The notes: a model not told the origin generated them from the sequence alone. A DNA stretch of 64,000 nt from Eledone cirrhosa (GCA_964016885.1 OZ024740.1:29636001-29700000); one strand, 5' to 3'; positions 29,731-40,781 are shown, numbered from the stretch's first letter. Translations and numbers: made by a program.

Positions 29731-29868
29731 TTGTAGTACTGTCCAATGACACCAAGATGTAACATTGTTGTTAAGAATCAATAAGAGTGACTCAGCCAAC
29801 TGAAAATAATAGTTTCTCTCTTGTCTTTGTAGCTTTGGCAAAATACCGAGATATGAACAACTGCCTAT

Positions 29869-30207
29869 TGGTGGTGGTGGTTGTAGTGTTGTGGTGGTGG
29901 TGGTGGTGGTCGGGGTGGTGGTGGTGGTTATATTTGTGGTGGTGGTGATGGTTGTAGTGTTTTGGTGGTTGTTGGTGTTAATGTTGGTGTTGGTGTTGGT
30001 GTTGGTGGTGGTGGTGGTTTTGGTGTTGTTGTTGTTGGTGGTGGTGGTGGTGTTTGTGTTGGTGTTGGTGTAGGTGTTGGTGTTGGTGGTGGTGGTGGTG
30101 TTGGTTGTGGTGGCAGCCGTAATATTAGTGATATTGTTGATTTTGATGTTGATCTTAGAAGTAGAATTAGTAGTAGTAGTTGTAGTAGTAGTAGTAGCAG
30201 CAGCAGC

Positions 30208-30271
<64 letters not shown>

Positions 30272-30314
30272 ATGGTGGTGGTGGTGTCGGTGGTGGTAGC
30301 AGCAGCAGCAGCAA

Positions 30315-30381
<67 letters not shown>

Positions 30382-30390
30382 TTTAGTAGT
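29869..30390. repeat. Compound trinucleotide microsatellite (GGT/GTT)n then (AGT/AGC)n
   Basis: Read directly; gives poly-T/V/S/L pseudo-ORFs. Confidence 0.95.
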
Positions 30391-30684
30391 TCGGTTTGGT
30401 CGTTGTACAAAACAACACATGAGTGGATAAGAGCCTAAAAATGGCGACAGGCAGTCAAATCAATTGTACAGACATCATTGTAAAAATAGCATCGTTGGAA
30501 CTGGGAGAATCTTCTGGAAACGATAGAATACGATAAAAGATAACGTTTATTATTTTGGGGCTTTTTTCCAAAATGATGGTATCGCAAACGTTTGTTGAAA
30601 TATCGATAATTGAACTGATGCCTATCCATGCCCCGATATCACACCACCAGGGCATATATACTAACGACTGAAATTGGTGATGGC

Positions 30685-30724
<40 letters not shown>

Positions 30725-30931
30725 TTTCTGAATTTGTTTAGCAAGATTCTTTATCTGAAAACGCGTGCTGAAACCGATATTGTTATACTTTGAGAGGGTC
30801 ATGTTGCCAATAAGAAACACACGCACCAGTTGCTTTCACTCCAATTTATTATAAATTAAATTATATATTTAAAATTTTATAAATTTCCGGTTGGTTGGTT
30901 GGTTCCACAATCGGACGGTTGTTCATATATT

Positions 30932-30973
30932 GTCAAAGTTCTTTCGTCACAATTCTCTGACCTCTTCAGTGAC
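30932..30973 (-). ncRNA. Degenerate type I hammerhead ribozyme in the 3' region of the Penelope-like element
   Basis: Minus strand reads GTCA-CTGAAGA-G-GTCAgagaattgTGAC-GAA-AGaaCT-T-TGAC. Stem I is GTCA/TGAC, the core is CUGANGA plus GAAA, stem II is GTCA/TGAC, and stem III is minimal. It lies about 200 nt downstream of the GIY-YIG stop, where PLE hammerheads are expected. Confidence 0.6.
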
Positions 30974-31170
30974 TGTGGATTATTTTCTTTGTTTTGTACC
31001 TTTCCTTTGTTCTACCCCTACGCCATCTTATTTTTGTGTGTGTTGTGTGCTTAGTTTGCGCATGTGTTACATCCGAGTGTCTGTGTGTGTTTTTATTTGT
31101 TTATTTATTTGTTTATTTACATGTTACTGGTTGGTTGTTTGTTCTATGTGTGTGTGTTTTCATTTTGTCC

Positions 31171-31650
31171 TTAATTGTAAGTTGTGATGTTGCTACTCCA
31201 TTCATGTTTTCTATTTAATTTTGGTTGGAGTTCATTTATGTTTATTGCCTCTGTGATTTGTCTAAACATTGCGTCTTTTCTGTGTGTAGATTTTATTTTT
31301 ATTTCTATGTTCTCTAATTGGCCCTTACGTTCTATTTTAGCATGTTGGTAGAGTACTGATGATTCTTTTCTATCTTGAAGCTCTCGCCAGTGTTCATTTA
31401 ATCGTTCTCCTATACTACGAGCTGTCTCACCTATGTACACTATATTCTTATGTTTACATTGTCCTTCAGTACATCTTATGCTATATTCTATGTTTCTAGT
31501 TTTACAGTTAATATGGGGGCTTAGTTTATAGATTATGCATTTCTTATCTCTACAGGGGGGTCTTTGAAAAGGGTATGTATTGCTAATAAATGTTTTTATG
31601 GAGGTGCCTGATCTTTCTACTATCTTAAAATTTAGTTTAAGTTTATCTAG
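31171..31650 (-). pseudogene. C-terminal GIY-YIG endonuclease of a Penelope-like retroelement
   Basis: NCKTRNIEYSIRC...CKHKNIVYIGETARSIGERLNEH...RQITEAINI...LNRKHEW carries the GIY-YIG motifs, catalytic R/E/N and Cys residues typical of PLE endonucleases. Confidence 0.9.
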
Positions 31651-31654
31651 GGAC

Positions 31655-34025
31655 CTAAACCATGCAACTTTAGAGAATAGAGATAAATATCCAGATAGGA
31701 TTGATGGTATAAACATGGCCGACATACCATTAACGGACGAATTCAACAACAACACAAATATATACGGCAACACTACAGTAGACTATGATGAACTATCCAT
31801 GTTACAGCTACCACCTAGATTTGCAACATATAATAAGGTAAATATGATAAGATGCTTGTCAGAAATAGAAAAATCATTTACAAAATTATGTTGGAGCCTC
31901 AAAAACAACAACAAAAAAACAAAAACAAAAGTAACAACACGAACAACATACGCACACACACACACACAACACATATCCCAACAACAACAGACACACAGAC
32001 ACAAACAACGATAACAACAACAATAATACCATAAACAGAGACAACAACAACAGACACACAGACACACACAACAATAACAACAACAAAACACACAACAATA
32101 ATAACAACATACACAGAGACAACAATAACACACATCAACAACAACAACAACACACACATCCTATGCCTCTCACCGCCACCACAATCTTAACAGACACAGA
32201 CACAGAAAACAGCTAATGACAGTAACACAGAGGTAAGGGACGGTAATGCGATTGAAAGAAGAAGAGATACTATCGATACTGACAGGGAAAATAACTAGGA
32301 CGAACATACAGACACACAAAATAGAGTAGATAATAACAATGAGCCAGAGGAAAGAGACAGGAATAATAATGAAAGACATAGAAACAACCATGAGGCTCTT
32401 AGTGGAAATAGAAATAGAAACAACACAACTATCAATATCAATAGCAATAGAACACATAACAAAGCAGCCTGGAATTCTACTTTCTATAATCCTTCCGATA
32501 TGTCCTTCAACTTACGACGAGTCCACGCCACGACTTTAGCTTTTAACAAACGCACACAATTGCCGTCGCAGGTCGATGAACAAACAGAATCACAATTTAA
32601 TATAGCTAGATATAAACTTAGAAATATTATAGAACAGTATAGCAAGAAGCAAAATAGAATGGAGGCCCAGCAACTGGGAGAAAAATCTGCAAATGGCTTG
32701 CGTAAGCTCATGCAGCGCTCACGTAATGAAGAGATTGCATGCTTTCCAACAGACAAGTCTGGCAGAATGTCGGTTGACAGTCTGTCAAACTACATCCAGG
32801 CAATGCAACCACCCATCACTAACACAAGAGAATTAACACCACAAGAGCATGAGGATAGGGAGAAAACCCTCAACGCCCATATGATGATGTGGACAAACAT
32901 AATGCAGCCCAATAAACGGACTGCCAACAACTTCCAGTCCTGGAACAATGACGTGCCAGCGTTGTATGGGCTTCGAAAAGACCATAAGACGAACAGTGAC
33001 CCAGTCACAGGACCACCAACATGGTCAGTTTGTAGAGCTAACATTGCTAGTAACTACAGACTTTCCTACTTCCTCTCCCTGATCGTACGCCCCATCATTG
33101 AAATGTTCCCGGATATATGTGACAGCACGGAGGACCTCCTCAGCAGAATCAGCGAAAATAACCGATCTAGGGACCTAACAGACTGTATAATAGGTAGTAT
33201 GGATGTAGTGTCACTATACCCATCCATTGACGTGGATTTTGCTGTGGAGAAATACATAGAAACGATCAATGAGAGCAATGTTGAATTCCGTGGGGTTGAT
33301 ACCAGTGAGCTGGGACTCCTACTTAAACTTACTTATAGTAATGATTATCTAGATACGTATGACCTTAGCAAGCTCTTCCCCACAAGGCCAGCAAGAGGCA
33401 GACCACCTACCATTACCTCAATGGCGAAGAAACTCCACACAGAAAGATGGAACGGGTGGGCCAGAGCCGTACGGACCCCCGAAAACCATGATGAACTAAA
33501 AAAATGATTGCACATGCGGTGAGGGCCAGTATAAAACTAACCCTTAAGGAATATATGTTCAAATTTAATGGAAAAACATATGCCCAAGAGGAGGGAGCAG
33601 CCATTGGTGTTAGCATTGCAGGTGACATAGCTAACCTATTCATGGTATGATGGAACAATAAACTTAAAGAACAATTAGAAGACAGCAACCTCTTAACCCT
33701 GATAATGTACTCTCGCTACGTTGATGATATAAACATCTAAGTAAAAACACCCCCACTAGAGAACAGTCAAGAATTAGATAAAAACACCATGGAAAGCATC
33801 CAGCAAATAGCTAACACCATCCACCAGAGTATTAGAGTTACCATAGACTACCCAAGCAAACACCCCAACCATCGATTACCTGTACTAGACACGGAGCTCT
33901 GGTTAGAAACCATTAATAACAAAAAACAAATCCTCCATTCCCATTATGCCAAACCCATGACTTCCAAATATCTGATCCACCGAAACTCAGCTGTTTCGGA
34001 TCACACCAAAATCAACATACTGATT
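31655..34025 (+). pseudogene. Penelope-like element N-terminal region and reverse transcriptase, disrupted
   Basis: LQLPPRFA...EIEKSFTKLCW, PTDKSGR, PALYGLRKDHK, IGSMDVVSLYPSI. After a frameshift in the A-run near 33500: FKFNGKTYAQEEGAAIGVSIAGDIANLFM, RYVDD (about 33714-33728), LPVLDTELW, HYAKPM. In-frame stops near 33648 and 33738. Confidence 0.9.
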
Positions 34026-34052
34026 TCTTATTGGCCACATAACCCTTCCAAA

Positions 34053-34121
<69 letters not shown>

Positions 34122-34151
34122 TATATATATATATTTCTTTCTCTCTCACTC

Positions 34152-34195
<44 letters not shown>

Positions 34196-34223
34196 TATAT
34201 ATTTATTTATTTCTCTCTCACTC

Positions 34224-34273
<50 letters not shown>

Positions 34274-34301
34274 GAGTGAGAGAGAAATAAATAAATATGT
34301 A

Positions 34302-34341
<40 letters not shown>

Positions 34342-34425
34342 GAGTGAGAGAGAAAGAAATATATATATATATTAATATATATATATATATATTAATATAT
34401 ATATATATTTCTTTCTCTCTCACTC

Positions 34426-34507
<82 letters not shown>

Positions 34508-34554
34508 TATATATTTATTTATTTCTCTCTCACTCTCACTATATATATATATAT
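34053..34554. repeat. (TA)n tract containing a TTTCTCTCTCACTCTCACT motif in both orientations (fold-back palindrome)
   Basis: Motif forward at about 34135 and 34205, reversed at about 34269 and 34337, and forward again at about 34408 and 34515. Confidence 0.85.
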
Positions 34555-35362
34555 GGATTTTACTAAATTCTGTGGAGGAATTTATATCCTGATTCTCTTT
34601 TGAGATGAGTTTGAGTTATTTTTCCTAAATCTTTCGTTAACTACTTTTCCCATCTTGACGTTATAGTCGCATATATGTTATAGAATGCCGTTAGCTTCTT
34701 GCTAAAACAATCTCTATACCTCTCATTTATATTTATACTCGGATTCTTTTCCTAGAGTGCTTAAACTATCTGTGACTAATCCCGGTTTTTTTCATAAAAA
34801 CTGTGATAATTATTGCTATTTTGCTGAACTCCTTTGTAGAGTTTTTTTTCAGAATGTATTTGACTGCTATCTCTTGTAAATAAACATTCACTTCCATCCT
34901 GACGTCACTAGCCCCGTTTTTTCCTCATGTGCTTTTTCATAAATACACATGAAGGCGAACTAGCCAGTTTTAGAATTCCCTTTTTCGGATTATATTACTG
35001 TGAGAGCCCTGGTTTTCTGTTGAGCTCTGCTGATGATTGAAATTCCAACCGTGACCATCTCCACTGAAAGTTTTCATGAAATAGTCTTTTAAGACTATAC
35101 AGAGCATTTGATGTTATTCCAAATTGAAGGATAAGTGTTTCAAACTTTATTTTATCATGAGTTAAAGGTCTATAGATTTTTCCCTGGATTTTACTAAATT
35201 CTGTGGAGGAATTTATATCCTGATTCTCTTTTGAGATGAGTTTGAGTTATTTTTCCTAAATCTTTCGTTAACTACTTTTCCCATCTTGACGTTATAGTCG
35301 CATATATGTTATAGAATGCCGTTAGCTTCTTGCTAAAACAATCTCTATACCTCTCATTTATA
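34554..35362. repeat. About 810-bp segment bounded by near-identical direct repeats of about 178 bp (34554-34731 and 35185-35362), set inside (TA)n
   Basis: TGGATTTTACTAAATTCTGTGGAGG...CTCTATACCTCTCATTTATA occurs twice, 631 bp apart. Confidence 0.85.
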
Positions 35363-35432
35363 TATATATATATATATTAATATATATTTATTTATTTCTC
35401 TCTCACTCTCACTATATATATATATATATATA

Positions 35433-38069
35433 CCTGGATGCACGTTGGGACTATGCAGGAGCATGTCCTAATAGAGGGAGGTGTAACAGCCTCAAGGGGT
35501 TACTCGACCGTTTTAACTTGGCCGATAGATATCGACTAGATTTTCCAGCTGTGCCTACCTGGACTTGGAGAAACCACAGTGGTCAATCTAGATCGTACTT
35601 AGATAGATTCTTAGTTAGAAGTAAGGATAGGGACATATTAAGCTGTCCAGAAATGCGCACGGTTGGCTACACGGATCACAAATTAGTGACCTGCGTGGTC
35701 AATCTCGAGAAAACACATAGACAGGGTCTCGGTTACTGGAAACTTAATTTGTCTTTACCGGCAAAAGAGACTTACAGAAACCGGATTAGCAGATTAGTTA
35801 AGGAGAGGTTGACGGGTGCAATCGTCAACAACCGATGGTGGGCATCTCTCAAAAGAGAGATTAGAACAGAATCAATAAGTTATAGCAAGATGTTAGCTGC
35901 CGATAGGAATAGAAACGAGAAAGAATTAACAGGTAAATTAGAAGAGGCAATCAAGAGCGAAGATGTGGCCAGAGTGCTGGCATCGAGGACGGCCTTGAAC
36001 CAGTTTTTCGATGCAAAGCACGAAGGCTGCGTCATTCGAAGTAAAATACGTGCTCTAGGTAATGAGGGGGCCAAAGCCGTTGGATGGGCCCGCGTGACAG
36101 AAGCTAAGAGTGGAAATCGATCCACCATCCGGTCGTTGCAAGACGAAGATGGACGGGTGATCCGAGAGCCTAAGCAGATGTGCGAGGCCTTTCAAAGGCA
36201 CTTTGCCCGATTGTTCGGGGGAGGCGAGGGTCCGGGCGGGGGCGTGGATTTCGGTCCATACCTTGACGGCCTGCCGCGTCTCTCGAACGAAGAGGCAGAG
36301 TCCTGCGAGGGACCAATCTCGGCTGATGAGATCGGAGATGCGCTGAGCCAATGCAGCAGACGCAAATCTCCAGGTCTCGATGGTATACCTTACGAACTTT
36401 ATTTAGCAATGCCGGTCTTCTTCTCCGAACTCCTCGAAGCGGTCTACTGCAATTGGCAGCAGAACGGGAGAATTCCTTGTTCTGTAGCCAAGGGCGTAGT
36501 CACGCTGGTGAGGAAGGACGAGAACAAGGGAGATAGTATAAATAATTTTCGGCCCATAACCCTGCTAAACACAGAGTTAAAGATTTTGGCCAAGGTGTTA
36601 GCAAAGAGGTTGGCGCTTGTCGTGGGTGGCCTGGTGGGAGATGCGCAGACATGTGCTATCCCATCCAGGTCCATTCACGATAACCTCCACCTCATGCGAT
36701 ACATCATAGAGAGGGTTGGCAACAAACCCGGCTTCGGTGGGGCCCTGATCAACTTGGATCAGTCTAAGGCCTTCGATAGGGTCGACCATGGTTACCTGGA
36801 TGCGGTGCTAGCGGCGGCTGGGTTCGGTCCTGTTTTCAGAGGCTGGATCACTGCCCTACATAGCAACCACATCTGTTCTAGGATCAAGGTGAACGGCTAC
36901 CTTTCGAAGCCGTTCGAAATCACACGATCCATTCGACAGGGGTGCCCTCTCTCCTCCCTTCTGTACGTATTGACTCTCGAGCCTTTACTGAGGAAGTTGG
37001 AGTTGTTGCAGGGTATCCCCCTGGAACCAGCATTGAGCAAAGCGGTGTCGGCCTACGCCGATGACGTAACAGTAATGGTATCGACCGACTCGGAGATCGA
37101 GGCGATCGGTACCTTACTGGAGGAGTACGAAAAGTTGTCAGGAGCGAAACTGAACCGGGAAAAATCCATCGGGCTGCAACTCGGAACGTGGAGAAGCAGA
37201 CCGATGCCTCCTGACGGTGTCGTCGGACACTGGACGGAGGGCCTGGTAAAGTTGCTTGGGGTCTGGTTTGGACCGGACCTCCAGGTGGAAAAGAACTGGA
37301 ACGAGGTTACGAACAAGGTGTTTGCACTAACCCAGAAATGGGCCAAGTGTAAGCTGTCCCTAAAAGGCCGGGCGGAGGTGGCGAACATTTACATAGCGTC
37401 CGTCACTTACTACCGCCTGACTGTCGTGCCTTGCCCTAAGGAAACACTCACCACCATGGAACGCATGCTCTTCCAATTTCTTTGGAAGAAGCGCCCTCCT
37501 ATGGTGAGAAGATCCATCTGCTGCCAACAACCTTCGAAAGGAGGGCTGGGGATGCCGTGGTTGATGATGCGTAGGCACGCATTAAGGCTACGGCACCTAC
37601 AGGTATTCCTCACTGGTCAACCGGTGTGGGCTCCGTTCGTGAAACGAGCCTTTCCGAGACTCGTCTCGCTCACCGAGCTACAGTCCTGGGTCAAGCAAAG
37701 ATCCGGAAAACTGGTCTACTTCTTCCGATATCACTTCGGAAGAAGGATAAGAATGGAGAGAGAGGTGCTTGGCCACAGGCAGTTTTATGAAAGGTGGGTG
37801 ATAGTGGCGAGAATGGCTCGTGTAAATGGGCCTTCTCTGTATACCATCCTGTAGGTAAAGAAGTAAAGGAGAGGGGAGCACCTTCTCCATGTGCTCCCCG
37901 GGCAAAGGATTGCACACTTTTTCGGGGGTGTGTGCAACCCCCATCACGTCCCCTCCCTTTTGAGGTTATTTTCGATTATTTTAATGTTACACCCTTTTTA
38001 CTCGATTATATGTAAACTCCCCCTTTGTATTTGTCCCTTCTTTTTATGCCTTTATGGTAAATAAAGAAA

Positions 38070-38070
<1 letters not shown>
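35433..38070 (+). mobile_element. 5'-truncated L1/Tx1-type LINE (copy 1)
   Basis: Starts in the APE domain directly after (TA)n and ends ...TTTATGGTAAATAAAGAAAT followed by (CT)n(AT)n. Confidence 0.93.
35518..37854 (+). CDS. LINE ORF2 remnant: end of APE endonuclease plus complete RT, with in-frame loss of the Cys-rich C-terminal region
   Basis: SYLDRF, YTDHK, GYWKLN, KSPGLDG, FRPITLLN, LDQSKAFDRV, IRQGCPLS and AYADD in a 778-aa uninterrupted frame. The true start is missing. Confidence 0.85.
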   Translation: MADRYRLDFPAVPTWTWRNHSGQSRSYLDRFLVRSKDRDILSCPEMRTVGYTDHKLVTCVVNLEKTHRQGLGYWKLNLSLPAKETYRNRISRLVKERLTGAIVNNRWWASLKREIRTESISYSKMLAADRNRNEKELTGKLEEAIKSEDVARVLASRTALNQFFDAKHEGCVIRSKIRALGNEGAKAVGWARVTEAKSGNRSTIRSLQDEDGRVIREPKQMCEAFQRHFARLFGGGEGPGGGVDFGPYLDGLPRLSNEEAESCEGPISADEIGDALSQCSRRKSPGLDGIPYELYLAMPVFFSELLEAVYCNWQQNGRIPCSVAKGVVTLVRKDENKGDSINNFRPITLLNTELKILAKVLAKRLALVVGGLVGDAQTCAIPSRSIHDNLHLMRYIIERVGNKPGFGGALINLDQSKAFDRVDHGYLDAVLAAAGFGPVFRGWITALHSNHICSRIKVNGYLSKPFEITRSIRQGCPLSSLLYVLTLEPLLRKLELLQGIPLEPALSKAVSAYADDVTVMVSTDSEIEAIGTLLEEYEKLSGAKLNREKSIGLQLGTWRSRPMPPDGVVGHWTEGLVKLLGVWFGPDLQVEKNWNEVTNKVFALTQKWAKCKLSLKGRAEVANIYIASVTYYRLTVVPCPKETLTTMERMLFQFLWKKRPPMVRRSICCQQPSKGGLGMPWLMMRRHALRLRHLQVFLTGQPVWAPFVKRAFPRLVSLTELQSWVKQRSGKLVYFFRYHFGRRIRMEREVLGHRQFYERWVIVARMARVNGPSLYTIL

Positions 38071-38140
<70 letters not shown>

Positions 38141-38269
38141 TCAGGTTTGAGGTTCACCACTGTATAGAGCTGGTCTATTCCGTATGGTCAATCGTAATGC
38201 AACAATATAGAGAGTACTCAACGTAAAGCAGTTCAACCGTCTTTGTTTTTGTAGTTGGTGGTGCTATTA

Positions 38270-38335
<66 letters not shown>

Positions 38336-38361
38336 TATATATATATTTCTTTCTCTCACTC

Positions 38362-38415
<54 letters not shown>

Positions 38416-38419
38416 TATA

Positions 38420-38699
38420 TATGTCACAGGGACTCTAAGGCAGAGGTTTGTGCTGTGTCTATACTAAGTCACAGGGACCCTACGACAGAGGTTTGTGCTG
38501 TGTCTGTACTAAGTCACAGGGACTCAAAAGCAGAACTTTGTGCTGTCTCTGTACTATGTGATAGGGACCCTAAGGCAGAGGTTAAGGCTGTGTCTGTACT
38601 AAGTCACAGGGACCCTACGGCAGAGGTTTGGGCTGTGTCTGTACTAAGTCACAGGGACCCTACGGCAGAGGTTTGGGCTGTGTCTGTACTATGTCACAG
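38420..38699 (-). repeat. Orphan block of about 6 monomers of the 45-bp satellite in inverted orientation
   Basis: TGTCACAGGGACCCTA(A/C)GGCAGAGGTTTG(G/T)GCTGTGTCTGTACTA is the reverse complement of the array consensus. Confidence 0.95.
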
Positions 38700-40716
38700 A
38701 CAGCAGCTGTTCAACATAATTTTATAGATCGGTCACCCCTGGGCACTGAACAATTGCGTGCAGAACGGTTTCGATGTCCTGCTCGCATCTTGGACAGATC
38801 CTTTTGGCAGGATCTCTGCTAGGGCGTCCGTGCCTGTAGATTTTGTCTCGAACTGGTAGAGCTCCTCGGTATCACTGCCAGGCCAGAGACCTCTGGAAGT
38901 TATCCATAGCCCCTAGACGGAAAGTCCACCCGAGCAGACTGGTCAGTTCGTCCTCCTCGATGCCTGGATTTTCCCCAAGAACGTCGTCGCACTTATCCTC
39001 CACTAATCCCCTATAGAAGGTCGAAGTGGAGTCTCCGCTGATTGCCGTTTCCGCTTGGTAGAGGGCTGTGAGCGCCTGTAGGCACCCATTTTTGGTCTTC
39101 GCTTGACCCAGGACTGCAGCTCTGTTAGTGACACGAATTGTGGAAGAGCTTGTTTCACAAACGCCAGCCACACCGATTCACCGGTCAGGAATACCTGGAG
39201 ATGGCGTAGCCTCAGCGCATGTTTGTGCATCATCAGCCAATGCAGGCCCAGCCCTCCGTTAGAAGGGTGTTGACAGCAGATGGATCTCCTCACCAATGGA
39301 GCCTGTTTCTTCCAGAGGAACTTGAAGAGTAGGCGTTCCATTTTGGTAAGGTATTAGCGGGGGCAAGGCACGACTGTCAAGCGGTAGTAGATGACGGACG
39401 CTATGTAAGTGTTCGTCACCTCCGCTCGACCTTTCAAGGAGAGTTTGCACTCAGCCCAATTCTGGGTGAGTGCAAACACCTTCGCCGTGACCTCGTTCTA
39501 GTTCTTGTCCACCTGGATGTCTTGACCGAACCAGACCCCGAGCAATTTCACCGGTCCTTCCTTCCAGCGTCCAACGACACTGTCGGAAGGCATGGGTTTG
39601 CCTCTCCATGTGCCGAGTTGCAAACTGACATACTTGTTTGGGCTTAGTCTTGCTCCTGTCAACTTTTCGTATTCCTGTAATAGGTTGCCGATTACTCCGA
39701 TTTCCGAGGTTTTCGACACCATTACCTTTATGTCGTCGGCATAGGCCGATGCTGCTTTCCGCAGTCCTGGTTCGATCGGGATACCCTGCAACAGCTCCAA
39801 CTTCCGGAGTAACGGCTCGAGAGTCAGTACATACAGAATAGAGGAGAGAGGGCATCCATGACGGATGGAACGCATGACTTGGAATTGTTTCTGATAGGTA
39901 GCCCTTCACCTTGACTGCCGAGCAGATGCTGGTGTGCATGGTAGCGATCCAGCCTCTGAAGACGAGACCGAAGCCGGCCGCCTTGAGAACTGCTTCCAAG
40001 TATTGATAGTCGACCCTATCAAATGCCTTAGACTGATCTATATTGATCAGAGCCCCACCGAAGCCAGGTTTACACCCTACCCTCTCTATGATGTATCGCA
40101 TGCAGTGGAGGTTGTCGTGTATGGACCTGGTCGGGATTGCACACGTTTGGGCTTCCCCTACCAGGTTCTCGATGACAAGCGCCAGCCTTGCTGCTAACAC
40201 CTTGGCCAAAATCTTTAACTCTGTATTGAGCAGAGTTATGGGCCTGAAATTGCTTATCTCACCTCCCTTGTTCTCATCTTTCCCTATCAGCGTTACTACG
40301 CCTCTGCCTACAGAACTGGGAATCCTCCCGTTCTGCTGCCAGTTGCAGTAGACCGTTTCGAGGACGCCAGAGAACAAGTCTGGCATGCCTATGTAAAACT
40401 CATAGGGTAGTCCATCTAAACCGGGTTATTTGCGTTTCCCGCAGCGGCCTAGGGCATCTTCTATTTCGCCCGCTGTGGTCGGCCTTTCGCAGCTCGAGAG
40501 TCGCGGTACGCCGTCGAGGTAGGAGCTGAAATCCATCACCTCGCTCGATGTACCGCTTTGCCCGAACAGTTGTGCAAAATGCTGCTGGAAGGCCATACAC
40601 ATCTGCTTGGATTCAAGTAGAATGCATCCATCATTGTCTTGCAAGGACCGAATTGTGGATTTCTTGCCACTCGGGCCCAGCTAACAGCTTTGGCTCCCTC
40701 GTTTCTTAGAGCACGA
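38700..40716 (-). mobile_element. Degenerate Tx1-like LINE fragment (copy A), truncated at both ends
   Basis: Frameshifted ORF2 pieces (NFRPITLLN, IDQSKAFDRVD, SAYADD, MDNFQRSLAWQ). The 3' side abuts the inverted satellite and the 5' side abuts (TATC)n. Confidence 0.92.
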
Positions 40717-40781
40717 TAGATAGATATATAGATTGATAGACAGATAGATAGATTGATTGATAGATAGATATTTAGAGAGAT

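Noticed and set aside
24122-30438. Long F-, H/T-, Y/I- and V-rich ORFs (e.g. 614 aa at 28576-30420)
   Set aside because: These are translations of simple repeats that lack stop codons in some frames.
30435-30826. Short ORFs in unique sequence next to the PLE
   Set aside because: No recognisable motifs, and the longer one runs through a TA microsatellite.
33640-33660. In-frame TGA in the PLE RT read as selenocysteine (Naiad-like recoding)
   Set aside because: It sits at a likely Trp position (MV*W), and the copy also has a TAA stop and a frameshift. The endonuclease looks C-terminal rather than N-terminal, so ordinary decay explains it.
35025-35050. CTGATGATTGAAA hammerhead-like core
   Set aside because: There is no room for stem II and no flanking stems.
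35518-37854. Bacterial retron, group II intron or DGR reverse transcriptase
   Set aside because: The APE domain, KSPGLDG/QGCPLS/YADD motifs, 3' tails and eukaryotic repeat context identify a non-LTR retrotransposon.
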